DNA of 64,000 bases, from positions 30,936 to 94,935 of the forward strand of contig JAOUFJ010000004.1 of NCBI GenBank assembly GCA_029858255.1, written 5' to 3'. The notes under the pieces are model-generated. The model was not told the origin of the DNA. It made no database searches and saw nothing but the letters and a program-made list of their open reading frames with translations. Position numbers and translations under genes: made by a program. Position 1 is the stretch's first letter; each line of letters begins with the position of its first letter. The DNA is from a candidate division WOR-3 bacterium. GTDB lineage: Bacteria; Hydrothermota; Tepidihabitantia; SM23-42. This document shows, one piece after another, positions 18,257 to 27,539 of the stretch.

Positions 18257-18772
18257 ATGAAAGAGCTGGAGAAAGTCAGGCTTTTTAAATACATGACACC
18301 CCAGGAAGTCAGCTGGATGCTGGTCAGGTGGCAAACCAGGGAAGTGCCAGAGGGCTCTGTAATAACAAAAGAAGGAACGATCGGTGACGAGATGTTCATC
18401 ATTGAATCAGGGCGCGTAGAGATTTACCTTATGCGTGGTGATGTTGTCTTATTATTGACCGAGCTTCAGGAATCCTTCTTCTTCGGAGAAATGTCGATCA
18501 TGACCGACAAAACGAGATCGGTCACGGCAAAGGCCAAGACCGATACGAGGCTGCTTGTATTGAAAAAGCGTGATTTTATGGATGTTGTGAACGAAAATCC
18601 GAAGGTTGCCGCCAAATTCCTGCTGGCGATGACCGAGGATTTGTGCAACAGGATACTCACAACAAACAAGAATTTAGAGAATTATTTCCTTATAAATCAG
18701 GCAATTGTCGATAACAAATCGTTCAGAGATCTTTACATACTTGCCCAGAAGGCCCCATCGTCTAGTGGTTAG
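18257..18772 (+). CDS. cyclic nucleotide-binding domain protein
   Basis: cNMP-binding beta-roll with FFGEMSIMTDKTRSVTAKA. The last 22 nt of the ORF run into tRNA-Glu. Confidence 0.7.
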   Translation: MKELEKVRLFKYMTPQEVSWMLVRWQTREVPEGSVITKEGTIGDEMFIIESGRVEIYLMRGDVVLLLTELQESFFFGEMSIMTDKTRSVTAKAKTDTRLLVLKKRDFMDVVNENPKVAAKFLLAMTEDLCNRILTTNKNLENYFLINQAIVDNKSFRDLYILAQKAPSSSG

Positions 18773-18825
18773 GACATCACTCTTTCAAGGTGGAGACACG
18801 GGTTCGAGTCCCGTTGGGGCCACCA
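18751..18825 (+). tRNA. tRNA-Glu (anticodon UUC), CCA encoded
   Basis: GGCCCCA/TGGGGCC acceptor, anticodon loop CTTTCAA, T arm CACGGG-TTCGAGT-CCCGT(T), followed by ACCA. Confidence 0.9.
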
Positions 18826-18843
18826 TTTGAACAAGGAGAGGTT

Positions 18844-20874
18844 ATGAAAAAGATATTGTTTGTAATTACACTGACGACAATCGCTGCATCGGCCCAGGAA
18901 ATATCTATCTATGGCAACCGGGGTATGTTCAAGCTGCAATATGCGCAACCTCATGATATGGGCATGCTATCATTTCATCTGGCTGCCATGGAAAGGTTCG
19001 AGCAAAACAGGGTGGAGATTGCAGGCGATTCTGTGAACGACCGGAGACATTTCCTGGAAACTGTGGTCGGCATATCCTACGCGATAAATGACTACGTTGA
19101 AACGCGATTTCACGCAGCACCGTTAGTCAAATATTACGAGGCAAACGATTATCCGATTGCGCGTGGCGACCCGGATCCTGTTTTCGGAATCACCACATAT
19201 GAAATCGGCCTGAAATTGGGTTATCCGATTATCGTCGATGAGCTCACTCCTACGTTGTATGCATTCGGCATTGACTCCCGCGTTGATTTTGGCCCTGGGC
19301 TTTCAACTGAATTTTTCGGCAACGCATTGAACAAGGACCGGCTACTCTACGAGGATTCCATGTACCGTATGCCGCCTTACATACCGCACGATCCGGATTT
19401 CGGGTTCACAGCGCTTTTTGATTTCCGGACAGGACCTTTCGCGACCCATCTCAATATCGGATATGTCATCACGGGCGACGATCAAAATCCTGGGTATGTA
19501 ACGCCAACCGATTTTGCAGCGCTACAGCGCCCTAACTTTGTTCCCCATGGTATTGGTATCGAGATAGTTCCTTCAGAAGGGTTGAGGCTCCTGTTCGAGA
19601 CTTACGGTTATACGACCCCGGACTTTGAATCTGAATCCCTTTGGGTAACGCCCGGCCTGCGGTTCGGTTCCAAGAGCGTCGCATTTGATCTCGGTTGTGA
19701 ACTTGGATTGGTCGGTACGTGGTATTGGAAAGCATTTTTTAACTTTTCCGGCGGATACGACCTGGCAAAGAAACCCAAGGTGCCGATCGCGCGAGTTTTC
19801 GGGAGAATCTCGGACGCAAAGACAGGAACGCCCTTGGCCGGAACTATTAGCTTCCCTGACATCCAGCGCGAACCGGTACAGACATCGGCTGACGGTACCT
19901 ACGAATTATCTCTGGCGCCTGGCAGCTACCGCATCCGCGGTGATGCACCGGATTACAGATGGCGCGAACAGGGACTCGTTCTGAAAGATGGCGATAAGAT
20001 CATGCTTGATTTTCAACTGAACAAGAAACCGGTCGCAAAGATAGCAGGCAGAATATACGACGCCGAAACCAATGCCCCGCTGGTCGCGACGATTACCTTC
20101 CCCCAGACTGAATTTCAAAAAGTCATCACTGATACATCGGGGTTCTACACTGTCACGCTGCTGCCGGGAACTTTCCGGATGCGCATAGAAGCCACCAACT
20201 TCCAGCCGTTGGAAAAAACCATTAATCTGGCTGACGATGAAACAAAGGTCGTTGATATTGCCATGCACACCGGTGGTATCCTCACCGGTAAAGTATCCGA
20301 ATACGAAACTGGCAAGGCTCTGCTGGCGCAGATAACCTTCGTCAACACGAGCGTCCCGCGAATAACAACCGACGCAACCACGGGTATATACAAAGTGGCA
20401 GTACCACCGGGTACGTACTCGGTCATGGTTGAAGCAGAAGACTACATCGCCGAAAGTGTACCAGTCGTGGTGGCAAAGGATGAAACAAAAATTCAAAACT
20501 TCGTGCTGAAGCCGGTTCCTAAGGTGGGAGAAAGGGTCGTCTTGAGAGGCATCACCTTCGATTTCAATTCAGCCGTTATCAAGCCGGTTTCCTATCCTGT
20601 ACTGGATGATGCGGCAAGGGTATTCAAGGCAAAGCCAACGATGAGAGTTGAAATAAGCGGGCATACCGACAGCATCGGCTCTGATTCTTACAACATGACA
20701 CTCTCCAATCAGCGCGCGAGTGCGGTACGCGATTATTTCATACGATATCATAGTATCGACCCCAGCCGTCTCATCGCAGCAGGTTATGGGGAGACCCAGC
20801 CCATCGCTGATAATCGAACACGCTCGGGTCGCGATATGAACCGCCGCATTGAATTCAAGGTACTCAGTTGGTGA
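18844..20874 (+). CDS. OmpA-family outer membrane protein with CarboxypepD_reg-like repeats
   Basis: ATG 18844 preceded by AAGGAGAGG (the ORF-track start at 18790 would lie inside the tRNA). Signal peptide. Three repeats (GRISDAKTGTPLAGTISF / GRIYDAETNAPLVATITF / GKVSEYETGKALLAQITF). C-terminal OmpA domain (ISGHTDSIGSDSYNMTLSNQRA, NRRIEFKV). Confidence 0.85.
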   Translation: MKKILFVITLTTIAASAQEISIYGNRGMFKLQYAQPHDMGMLSFHLAAMERFEQNRVEIAGDSVNDRRHFLETVVGISYAINDYVETRFHAAPLVKYYEANDYPIARGDPDPVFGITTYEIGLKLGYPIIVDELTPTLYAFGIDSRVDFGPGLSTEFFGNALNKDRLLYEDSMYRMPPYIPHDPDFGFTALFDFRTGPFATHLNIGYVITGDDQNPGYVTPTDFAALQRPNFVPHGIGIEIVPSEGLRLLFETYGYTTPDFESESLWVTPGLRFGSKSVAFDLGCELGLVGTWYWKAFFNFSGGYDLAKKPKVPIARVFGRISDAKTGTPLAGTISFPDIQREPVQTSADGTYELSLAPGSYRIRGDAPDYRWREQGLVLKDGDKIMLDFQLNKKPVAKIAGRIYDAETNAPLVATITFPQTEFQKVITDTSGFYTVTLLPGTFRMRIEATNFQPLEKTINLADDETKVVDIAMHTGGILTGKVSEYETGKALLAQITFVNTSVPRITTDATTGIYKVAVPPGTYSVMVEAEDYIAESVPVVVAKDETKIQNFVLKPVPKVGERVVLRGITFDFNSAVIKPVSYPVLDDAARVFKAKPTMRVEISGHTDSIGSDSYNMTLSNQRASAVRDYFIRYHSIDPSRLIAAGYGETQPIADNRTRSGRDMNRRIEFKVLSW

Positions 20875-20893
20875 TTATCTGAATCATAGTAAT

Positions 20894-20919
20894 AAAAAGG
20901 GGGCTTAGGCCCCCTTTTT
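20894..20919. terminator. bidirectional rho-independent terminator between convergent genes
   Basis: AAAAA-GGGGGC-TTAG-GCCCCC-TTTTT, lying between the OmpA stop (20874) and the stop of the minus-strand gene (20918-20920). Confidence 0.75.
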
Positions 20920-23900
20920 ATTCACTCCTGGTGCCGGCGATTTCCTGTTCTATCTTGTCAAGATATCTTAGATTGCCGACAATTTTGAAGATTTTATCGG
21001 CTTCGAGGAACATCTTCAATGCGTCCTTGAACCGACCTACACGCTTGTAGGCGACGCCTCTCAGGTAGAAAATCTCACCGGATATTTTGTTTGCTGGCAG
21101 ACCCCGAAGATAAGTCTGAGCGTGTCTGAACAAAGTCTGCCCCATCGAATTTTTGCCGGATGCAACCAGGATCCGGGCGCGGTACATCAAATTGTAGATA
21201 TTATACAAAACATTACTCTCCATCTTGAGTTGCGCGGTCATTCGCTTTACGAGACCAGCAGCTTTTCTGTTTTGCCCTGCGCTTAGGTAATACTCCACCT
21301 CTTCCATCAGGCAATCAATATTGAGGAACTTGACGTTTATTTTCGCGGCAACACCGCGAGCTGCATGAAGATATTTACTTCCCTTTTTGATCTTTCCTTT
21401 CTCGCGATATAATTCACTCAGGCTTATACTGGCAAAAATAGTACCTTCATAGAAGGATATTTGCTTTGCGAGCTTTAACGAACGCCGGAAATATTCCAAT
21501 GCCTGATCACACATCAACCGGTTGTGGCTGATCATACCCAGGTTATTGTAAAGAAGTACAATTGTTCTTTTAGCGCCGATCAATTTCGCTTTCGCCAGCG
21601 CTTCCAGACAGTATGCTTCAGCTTTCGGTAAATCGTAATTTGCATACATTACTCCGAGATTGTTTAAGGTTATCAGAATACCTTCCTGGTAACCAACCTC
21701 CTGATAGATACCGAGGGCACGGTTGAAGAATTTCTCACTCATCGTGATATTGAATTTCCCCTGGTAGTTAAGCCCGAGGTCAACGAAGCAGGCAGCGATA
21801 TTTTTCTTATCGCCAATCGACCTTCTTATCCGCAGGCTTTTTCTGAAATACTGTTCTGCATTGTTGAATTTACCCATCCTCAGAAGGACGACGCCGAGTA
21901 TGACGTATGCATCACCGAGTGTTTGCCTGTTCACGTGCTTCTTTTTTTTCAATATGTCCACACACTCTTCTCTTGCCCGAACATACTGGCCCATTCTTGT
22001 ATACAACCACGCGATTGAGGTCCTGAATATGTATACGGCATTCGTTCCCCGGGTAATCTTTATTCCTTTTTCGTAGTATCTCAGACTTCGTCTGTACTGT
22101 CCCATTTTCTCGTGGACATTTCCGAGCTTTTCGTATATGCGATAGGCATGAGGGTTTATCTTCAAGCACTTGCGTAATAGATCCAGCGCCTTATTATAAT
22201 TACCGATTGAAATATGTATATCCGCAAGTGCAAAATTGATCTGAAAGATCTGCTCAATATTATCTTCGTATTTCAAAGCGGTTTCGTAGAATTGAACGGC
22301 CAGGCTGTGAGCATAGTTATCCCGTGCCTTCAGGGCAGCTTTCTTTGAATAGCCGAGTGTTTTCACAGCATCTCTTGCATGAGCGAAATGATTTGCCAAT
22401 TCTTCATAGTAGTCTGAAATATTGCCGTGGAACGTTGTCTCAATTGCCTCACCCACTGCATGATGGTAGTTTCGTAGATTGCCGCGGGATATATTCTTGT
22501 ATACAATCTGTCGCACTATGTCCTCTGAGAAGAAGTAAGTGTCAGCCGTTCTATTTTTCAAGAACCCCACTCTGCAGAGTTCATCCAGCGCTTCCAGTAT
22601 CTGGCCCACGTTCCGCTTGCTGGCAATCGCAATGATCTCGGGAGCGAATTCCTGACCAAAAACCGCGGCGATTTCAAGGAACCCCCGCGTTTCGGGATTG
22701 AGCATTTCGATCTTTCTTTTTATCGTTTCCTCAATTGTCGGGGGGATGGAAACTGCACTGCCTTTCGCCAAATTCCACCCGTCTTCATCCCAGTACAGTC
22801 TCTTGTTCCGTTGATATCCTTTCAGAATTTCTTCGATGAAGAAAGGGTTACCGCCACTTTCTTTGTAGATCAGTTTTGCCGCGGCCGGTGGAACCTTACC
22901 CATTACAGATTCCAGAAGCTGGCTGGTCTGTGCATCACTCAAAGGGCTGAGCGTGATCTGAGTATAGAGACGTTCCCGTGCCCATACCCCGAGGTAATGC
23001 GAAAGGGATGAATTCTTCCTCTCCTCTACACGATACGTGCCGAAGATCGCCAGGCTGTTTCTCGTGCTGCGCATGAGAAAATCCAAAAGCTCAATGCTCG
23101 GCCGGTCAGCCCAATGCAAGTCGTCGATAAAAAGAATTGTCGTGCCCGGGTAGACTGCTTCGGACAACTTGCCAAGAAACTCGCTGATCGCATGATACAG
23201 ACGGTATTTGTCTAATTCCTCGATCTGGACAGTACGAAGCATTCCAGACATGGGAAGGAGTTTCGCCAACTCACTCTGGTAGATATCAGCCATCCTCTTA
23301 AATGTTTGCTGCACCAGAGAAAAATCATTATTGAGCATGTCGCGCAACATGTTCTTGAACGGATGATACGCGACCAACGCGAGGGCTTCGTAGGCATTGC
23401 CCCTTGCAACGATTTGCGTGTTCAAACGGTCTTTTATCTCCATCACGAAGCGAGTTTTACCGATTCCTACTGTGCCGGCAACGAAAATCGTGCCGAATTC
23501 CTTCAGCTGGTTGATACACCAATTGGTTTCATCTTCCCGGCCGATCGTCACCGGTGACGGTATTCTCAATCTCCTGACAGCTGCGTGCTTCACTCCTATT
23601 CGGTTCTTTCCCTCTCTTTTTGCCTGATACATCAGACCATCAGCATGATTGACGAGGCTCTCTGCCTTGGCTCCATTATCCGGGAAGACTGCGAATCCCA
23701 TACTACACTGGATCTTATGCGCCCGCATTTCGATGTTAGAAAGGGCTTCGATGATACGACGACCCAGCTCCATGACCCCGCCAGCAGAACTATTGGGCAT
23801 GAGCACGAAGAATTCGTCACCACCGTAACGCACAACGCTGTCGACTTCCCTTACGCTGCCGCGCAAGAACTCGCCAAATTTCGCCAGAACGCGGTCACCT

Positions 23901-24070
23901 TCAAGGTGGCCGAAGTTGTTATTTATTCTCCTGAAATCATCTATGTCGACCAATATCAGCGCGAATTTCGTGTCAAATCTCTTGGCGCGTTTGATCTCAT
24001 TGTCGATCCAATAATGCATATAGCGTCGGTTGTAACAATTTGTGAGGTCATCACGATATATTTCCTTCAT
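20918..24070 (-). CDS. diguanylate cyclase (GGDEF) fused to a STAND/AAA_16 NTPase and a long TPR array
   Basis: N-terminal GGDEF domain with intact RYGGDEF and I-site REVD 5 aa upstream. Walker A GTVGIGKTRF, Walker B ILFIDDLHWAD. About 500 aa of TPR-like repeats. The ORF track starts at GTG 24076. ATG 24070 fits the promoter better. Confidence 0.85.
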   Translation of the reverse strand: MKEIYRDDLTNCYNRRYMHYWIDNEIKRAKRFDTKFALILVDIDDFRRINNNFGHLEGDRVLAKFGEFLRGSVREVDSVVRYGGDEFFVLMPNSSAGGVMELGRRIIEALSNIEMRAHKIQCSMGFAVFPDNGAKAESLVNHADGLMYQAKREGKNRIGVKHAAVRRLRIPSPVTIGREDETNWCINQLKEFGTIFVAGTVGIGKTRFVMEIKDRLNTQIVARGNAYEALALVAYHPFKNMLRDMLNNDFSLVQQTFKRMADIYQSELAKLLPMSGMLRTVQIEELDKYRLYHAISEFLGKLSEAVYPGTTILFIDDLHWADRPSIELLDFLMRSTRNSLAIFGTYRVEERKNSSLSHYLGVWARERLYTQITLSPLSDAQTSQLLESVMGKVPPAAAKLIYKESGGNPFFIEEILKGYQRNKRLYWDEDGWNLAKGSAVSIPPTIEETIKRKIEMLNPETRGFLEIAAVFGQEFAPEIIAIASKRNVGQILEALDELCRVGFLKNRTADTYFFSEDIVRQIVYKNISRGNLRNYHHAVGEAIETTFHGNISDYYEELANHFAHARDAVKTLGYSKKAALKARDNYAHSLAVQFYETALKYEDNIEQIFQINFALADIHISIGNYNKALDLLRKCLKINPHAYRIYEKLGNVHEKMGQYRRSLRYYEKGIKITRGTNAVYIFRTSIAWLYTRMGQYVRAREECVDILKKKKHVNRQTLGDAYVILGVVLLRMGKFNNAEQYFRKSLRIRRSIGDKKNIAACFVDLGLNYQGKFNITMSEKFFNRALGIYQEVGYQEGILITLNNLGVMYANYDLPKAEAYCLEALAKAKLIGAKRTIVLLYNNLGMISHNRLMCDQALEYFRRSLKLAKQISFYEGTIFASISLSELYREKGKIKKGSKYLHAARGVAAKINVKFLNIDCLMEEVEYYLSAGQNRKAAGLVKRMTAQLKMESNVLYNIYNLMYRARILVASGKNSMGQTLFRHAQTYLRGLPANKISGEIFYLRGVAYKRVGRFKDALKMFLEADKIFKIVGNLRYLDKIEQEIAGTRSE

Positions 24071-24079
24071 CTCCACACG

Positions 24080-24108
24080 ATTATAATCACTGAACGAGCC
24101 GAAGTCAA
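24080..24108 (-). promoter_or_regulatory. sigma70-type promoter of the GGDEF-STAND gene (TTGACT-17-TATAAT, minus strand)
   Basis: Minus-strand TTGACT 24108-24103, TATAAT 24085-24080. 3 nt to GTG 24076 and 9 nt to ATG 24070. Confidence 0.55.
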
Positions 24109-24120
24109 CTTGTGAAAATA

Positions 24121-24228
24121 CGTTAGGTTCGTTATTCTCGTTAATATCGTTACTCCCGCTAATCCCGCTATACTCGTTATTTGGGTTAGTCTCGCTATTC
24201 CCGTTAATATCGTTATTTACGTATCTTC
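24121..24228. repeat. array of 12 tandem degenerate 9-bp units (CGYTANNNN)
   Basis: cgttaggtt cgttattct cgttaatat cgttactcc cgctaatcc cgctatact cgttatttg ggttagtct cgctattcc cgttaatat cgttattta cgtatcttc. Begins 13 bp upstream of the -35 of the GGDEF promoter. Confidence 0.8.
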
Positions 24229-24461
24229 TGTTTTTCTCCCTTTCTCCGTGTCACCGTGTCTCCCGGTATCCGTTTCACAGCGCAGCGTATCTTCAGGAGC
24301 GATCTACTTACCTCCCATCACTGTTTGCGACTTTGATATTTGAATTTTGGATTTGTCCCGCTCTGCGAGGATTCTCGCAAATGCGATCAAATCACAGATT
24401 CAGAGCATTTGCGGAATTTAGGATTTAGTGCTTCGGATTTCGAATTTCCCCCGGTAGGGGG

Positions 24462-25712
24462 TTATTCGTACCGCAGTGCTTCTATCGGGTTCAGGCCGGC
24501 AGCACGCCGTGCCGGGTAAATTCCAAAGAAAATTCCCACCGCAGCAGAAAACCCGAATCCGAGCATGACCATCCAGGGCGATACCGAAGCCTTGAGCGGA
24601 GATACAACTGAAATAAGCCAGGCAAGGATCAGCCCGAAAATAATACCAATGACCCCGCCAATGAGGGCGAGGAACACAGATTCAACCAGGAATTGTGAAA
24701 GAATGTTCTGGTTCGATGCGCCGACCGCTTTTCGTATGCCGATTTCCCGGGTTCGCTCGGCAACGGAAACGAGCATTATATTCATGATCCCAATGCCGCC
24801 GACCACAAGAGAGATCGCCGCGATCGCCACAATTGCGATGAACCCCACGCGGGTGATATTTTGATATATCTCCATTAACATCTGCTGGGTGCCCAATTCG
24901 AAATCATCCTTTTTGTCGAATGAAAGTCCGTGCCTTCGACGCATTAGTTCTCTCACTTCATCTATGGTTTTCTCGGACTGACCTGATTTTGGCTTGATGT
25001 CCACTGAATATCCAAAAAAGGCACGTTCGATTACCGACTCACCTTGTGGGAATATTTTTTCAAAGAACGTATAAGGCATCACCAGCATGTTGTCCATGCT
25101 TTGGCCCAGAAACGCGCCCTTTTCTCTGAATACGCCGATTATTTTCAACCGGTGGCCGCGAACGTTCAATTCTTTGCCTACGGGTGAGCCTTCGGGGAAA
25201 ATATTTTTGGCAACGTATGATCCTATTACACAAACACTGCGGCGATGCGTGACGTCATCGCGAGTGAAGTCACGCCCGCTTTCGACAAAACGGTTGTTCA
25301 CCTTTGAAAAATTTTCGGTTGAACCAATGATACGTACTGAAGCAAGTTCCTTGTCTCTGTAACTGAGCTTTGTCAGCTGCTGAGATATTTCAGGGATTGC
25401 TATATCAACCGATGGCAGTTGACTGATAGCCTCAGCATCGTCGGGTGTAAGATCGGGACGATTGGCGATCTCCTCAATGTTCTGTGGCCCGGCCATGACC
25501 ATTGGTGATTTGCTCAGGAAAACCAGGTCCGATCCGATCGACTGGATCTGTTCGGCGACCGAGCGGTTAAGTCCTTCGATCAGTGAAAGGATCGCGATCA
25601 CCGTGCTGACACCGATTATGATGCCAAGCGCCGTGAGAAAAGAACGCAGGCGGTGGGTCTTGAAGGTCTGTAAAGAGAGGGATATTTTGATCAAAAAGTC
25701 ATTCATCTTCAA
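24462..25712 (-). CDS. MacB/FtsX-family ABC efflux permease
   Basis: N-terminal TM, large periplasmic MacB_PCD-like domain, C-terminal FtsX module (GGIGIMNIMLVSVAERTREIGIRKAVGA). Confidence 0.85.
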   Translation of the reverse strand: MKMNDFLIKISLSLQTFKTHRLRSFLTALGIIIGVSTVIAILSLIEGLNRSVAEQIQSIGSDLVFLSKSPMVMAGPQNIEEIANRPDLTPDDAEAISQLPSVDIAIPEISQQLTKLSYRDKELASVRIIGSTENFSKVNNRFVESGRDFTRDDVTHRRSVCVIGSYVAKNIFPEGSPVGKELNVRGHRLKIIGVFREKGAFLGQSMDNMLVMPYTFFEKIFPQGESVIERAFFGYSVDIKPKSGQSEKTIDEVRELMRRRHGLSFDKKDDFELGTQQMLMEIYQNITRVGFIAIVAIAAISLVVGGIGIMNIMLVSVAERTREIGIRKAVGASNQNILSQFLVESVFLALIGGVIGIIFGLILAWLISVVSPLKASVSPWMVMLGFGFSAAVGIFFGIYPARRAAGLNPIEALRYE

Positions 25713-26382
25713 TCATCCCGTCTTTCAGCCGAACTATTTTCTTGGCGTGCGAGGCAACATTTGAATCGTGTGTAACCATAACTACAGTATTGCCTTCCTC
25801 AACAAGTCTATCGAAAATCTCCATGATCTCCGCGCCTGTCTTCGAATCGAGATTACCGGTCGGCTCATCGGCAAAGATGACCTTAGGATCGTTTATCAAC
25901 GCTCTGGCAATAGCAACACGCTGACATTCACCGCCCGACATTTCATTCGGCCGGTGGTTCATTCGATCGCCCAGCCCGATATTCTCCAAGATCTTGCGAG
26001 CCTTAATGACACGCTCTTTTTTGTTGACCGCGGAGTAGATAAGCGGCAATGCTACATTTTCGGTCGCCGTTAGCCTGGGCAGTAGACTGAAACTCTGAAA
26101 GACAAAACCAAAAAAAGTGTTTCTCACCTTTGCCAGTTCCAGGTCTGTGTAGCTGGATACAAGCTTGTCCTCAAGAAAGTATTCCCCAGATGTTGGCGTA
26201 TCGAGACAGCTCAGAATGTGTATCAGAGTGGACTTGCCAGAGCCGGAAGCACCCATGATCGATATGTAATCATTGGTCTTTATATCGATGGTCACACCGC
26301 GTAAAGCATCCACTGACACCTTCCCACGCCAGTATGTCTTACGGATGTCGAGTGCCCGGCAGATGACCTGGTCTCTCTTCAT
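25699..26382 (-). CDS. ABC transporter ATP-binding protein (MacB/LolD type)
   Basis: GASGSGKSTL, MSGGECQRVAIARAL, IFADEPTGNLD. Confidence 0.9.
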   Translation of the reverse strand: MKRDQVICRALDIRKTYWRGKVSVDALRGVTIDIKTNDYISIMGASGSGKSTLIHILSCLDTPTSGEYFLEDKLVSSYTDLELAKVRNTFFGFVFQSFSLLPRLTATENVALPLIYSAVNKKERVIKARKILENIGLGDRMNHRPNEMSGGECQRVAIARALINDPKVIFADEPTGNLDSKTGAEIMEIFDRLVEEGNTVVMVTHDSNVASHAKKIVRLKDGMIEDE

Positions 26383-27539
26383 CAGGAGCGTCCGCGAATC
26401 GTCCTCACTAATCTTCTGGGCCCAACGCCGCTGTTTGAAGACAGGGTATCAGACTCCAAACCGGTGAAACTCACCTTTTGTCCGTCTTTCAGTCTGCTCA
26501 GTACGCGATAGGGACCGATGATCACCGTATCGCCTTCCTCAATGCCCGAGATGATTTCAGTTTCTTCATCGCTCGACACACCCGGCACGATTTCCTTCAG
26601 AACCGCTTTGCCGTTCTCGATTAGAAAAACGGTCTCCACCAGCTCATCATCGATCTCCCGCTTGCCCGAAGCTTGGATAGGGATCTTCAAGGCATCTTTT
26701 TTCTCGCTCGTTATGATGTCAGACTTGACATTCATCCCCGGTCTCAAAAGCGAAGAGACCGCATGGAGTTCGATCTCTACCTCAAAATCGGTTACTTCAT
26801 CAGTGCTGAGTTGGCTCTGGATAGGCATGAGACCAACCCTAACGACCGTACCATTGTAGGCTGAATCAGGCAAAGCATCGGCAATCACCTCTGCATGCTC
26901 GCCGACCCTTACATCCGGAACATCGGTTTCGTCTATTTTGACAACGGCAATCATCTGGGACATATCGGCAACAGTCATCATCACCGTTCCGCCATAATTG
27001 AGAGCGCCCATGACCGCTGTCTCACCTTCCTCCACGTTTACCTTCATTATCTTACCGGAAATTGGTGAGTATATCCTGGTCTTGCGATAAGCATCCAATG
27101 CTTGTTCGTAAGAAGCCTTTGCCGTTTTGTGGCTCAACTCCACCCGCTCGAAACTCTCTCTTGAAATCAAATTTTGTTCGATCAATTTCTCGGCTCTTTG
27201 AAGATCCTGCTCTGCCTGCTCCAGATTGGCGAGCGCCAGACCGCGCGTTGCACTAGCCTGGACATCATCGAGTTCGATCAGCAAATCACCCTTCTTAACA
27301 TGATCACCCTCTCGATAAATTATTCTCTTCACCCGCGCGATCGTTTCGGCCGATATGTCGATCTGCGCCTTTGCCTTGAGTTCACCCGAGGCCGTAACAA
27401 CTGACGTTATGTTGCCCCGCTTGACCAGGCTCACGTTAACTTTTTCCCCCGAATCTCCCTGGTTTAGATTCAACACAATAATTATTACGACAACCACAAT
27501 GGCGCCGATAATTATCAGTAATCTCTTTCTCTTCATCAC
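26382..27539 (-). CDS. efflux periplasmic adaptor (HlyD/MacA family)
   Basis: N-terminal TM anchor, coiled-coil hairpin flanked by lipoyl/beta-barrel segments. Operon context with an ABC pump and TolC. Confidence 0.8.
   Translation of the reverse strand: MMKRKRLLIIIGAIVVVVIIIVLNLNQGDSGEKVNVSLVKRGNITSVVTASGELKAKAQIDISAETIARVKRIIYREGDHVKKGDLLIELDDVQASATRGLALANLEQAEQDLQRAEKLIEQNLISRESFERVELSHKTAKASYEQALDAYRKTRIYSPISGKIMKVNVEEGETAVMGALNYGGTVMMTVADMSQMIAVVKIDETDVPDVRVGEHAEVIADALPDSAYNGTVVRVGLMPIQSQLSTDEVTDFEVEIELHAVSSLLRPGMNVKSDIITSEKKDALKIPIQASGKREIDDELVETVFLIENGKAVLKEIVPGVSSDEETEIISGIEEGDTVIIGPYRVLSRLKDGQKVSFTGLESDTLSSNSGVGPRRLVRTIRGRS

Noticed and set aside
18751-18772. Overlap of the cNMP-binding ORF with tRNA-Glu, considered as a sign of a pseudogene or mis-assembly.
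   Set aside because: The domain is complete before the overlap. The ORF simply lacks an earlier stop, and a 22-nt overlap with a tRNA 5' half is tolerable.
20918-24076. Calling the GGDEF-STAND-TPR protein an Avs-like antiphage defence system.
   Set aside because: Only the domain logic is similar. There are no neighbouring defence or mobile genes, and such GGDEF-AAA-TPR proteins are plausibly ordinary signalling proteins. It is kept as a hypothesis inside the finding only.
24121-24228. Possible CRISPR array or minisatellite. The same question applies to 56208-56302.
   Set aside because: The units are only 8-10 nt, are directly abutting with no spacers, and are degenerate. There are no cas genes. 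They do not fit CRISPR architecture.
24077-24255. On the minus strand, the reading frame of the GGDEF gene stays open for about 60 codons upstream of its start, through the 9-bp repeat array. This suggests an N-terminal Asn-rich extension.
   Set aside because: There is no ATG, GTG or TTG in that stretch, which is bounded by an in-frame TGA. A consensus TTGACT-17-TATAAT promoter lies between the array and the start codon. One of three frames is expected to be stop-free for this repeat unit.
24448-24461. CCCCC-ggta-GGGGG hairpin directly after the efflux permease stop, considered as a rho-independent terminator.
   Set aside because: The stem is only 5 bp, and on the transcribed (minus) strand it is followed by an A-rich rather than a U-rich tract. 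It is mentioned only as a structure.
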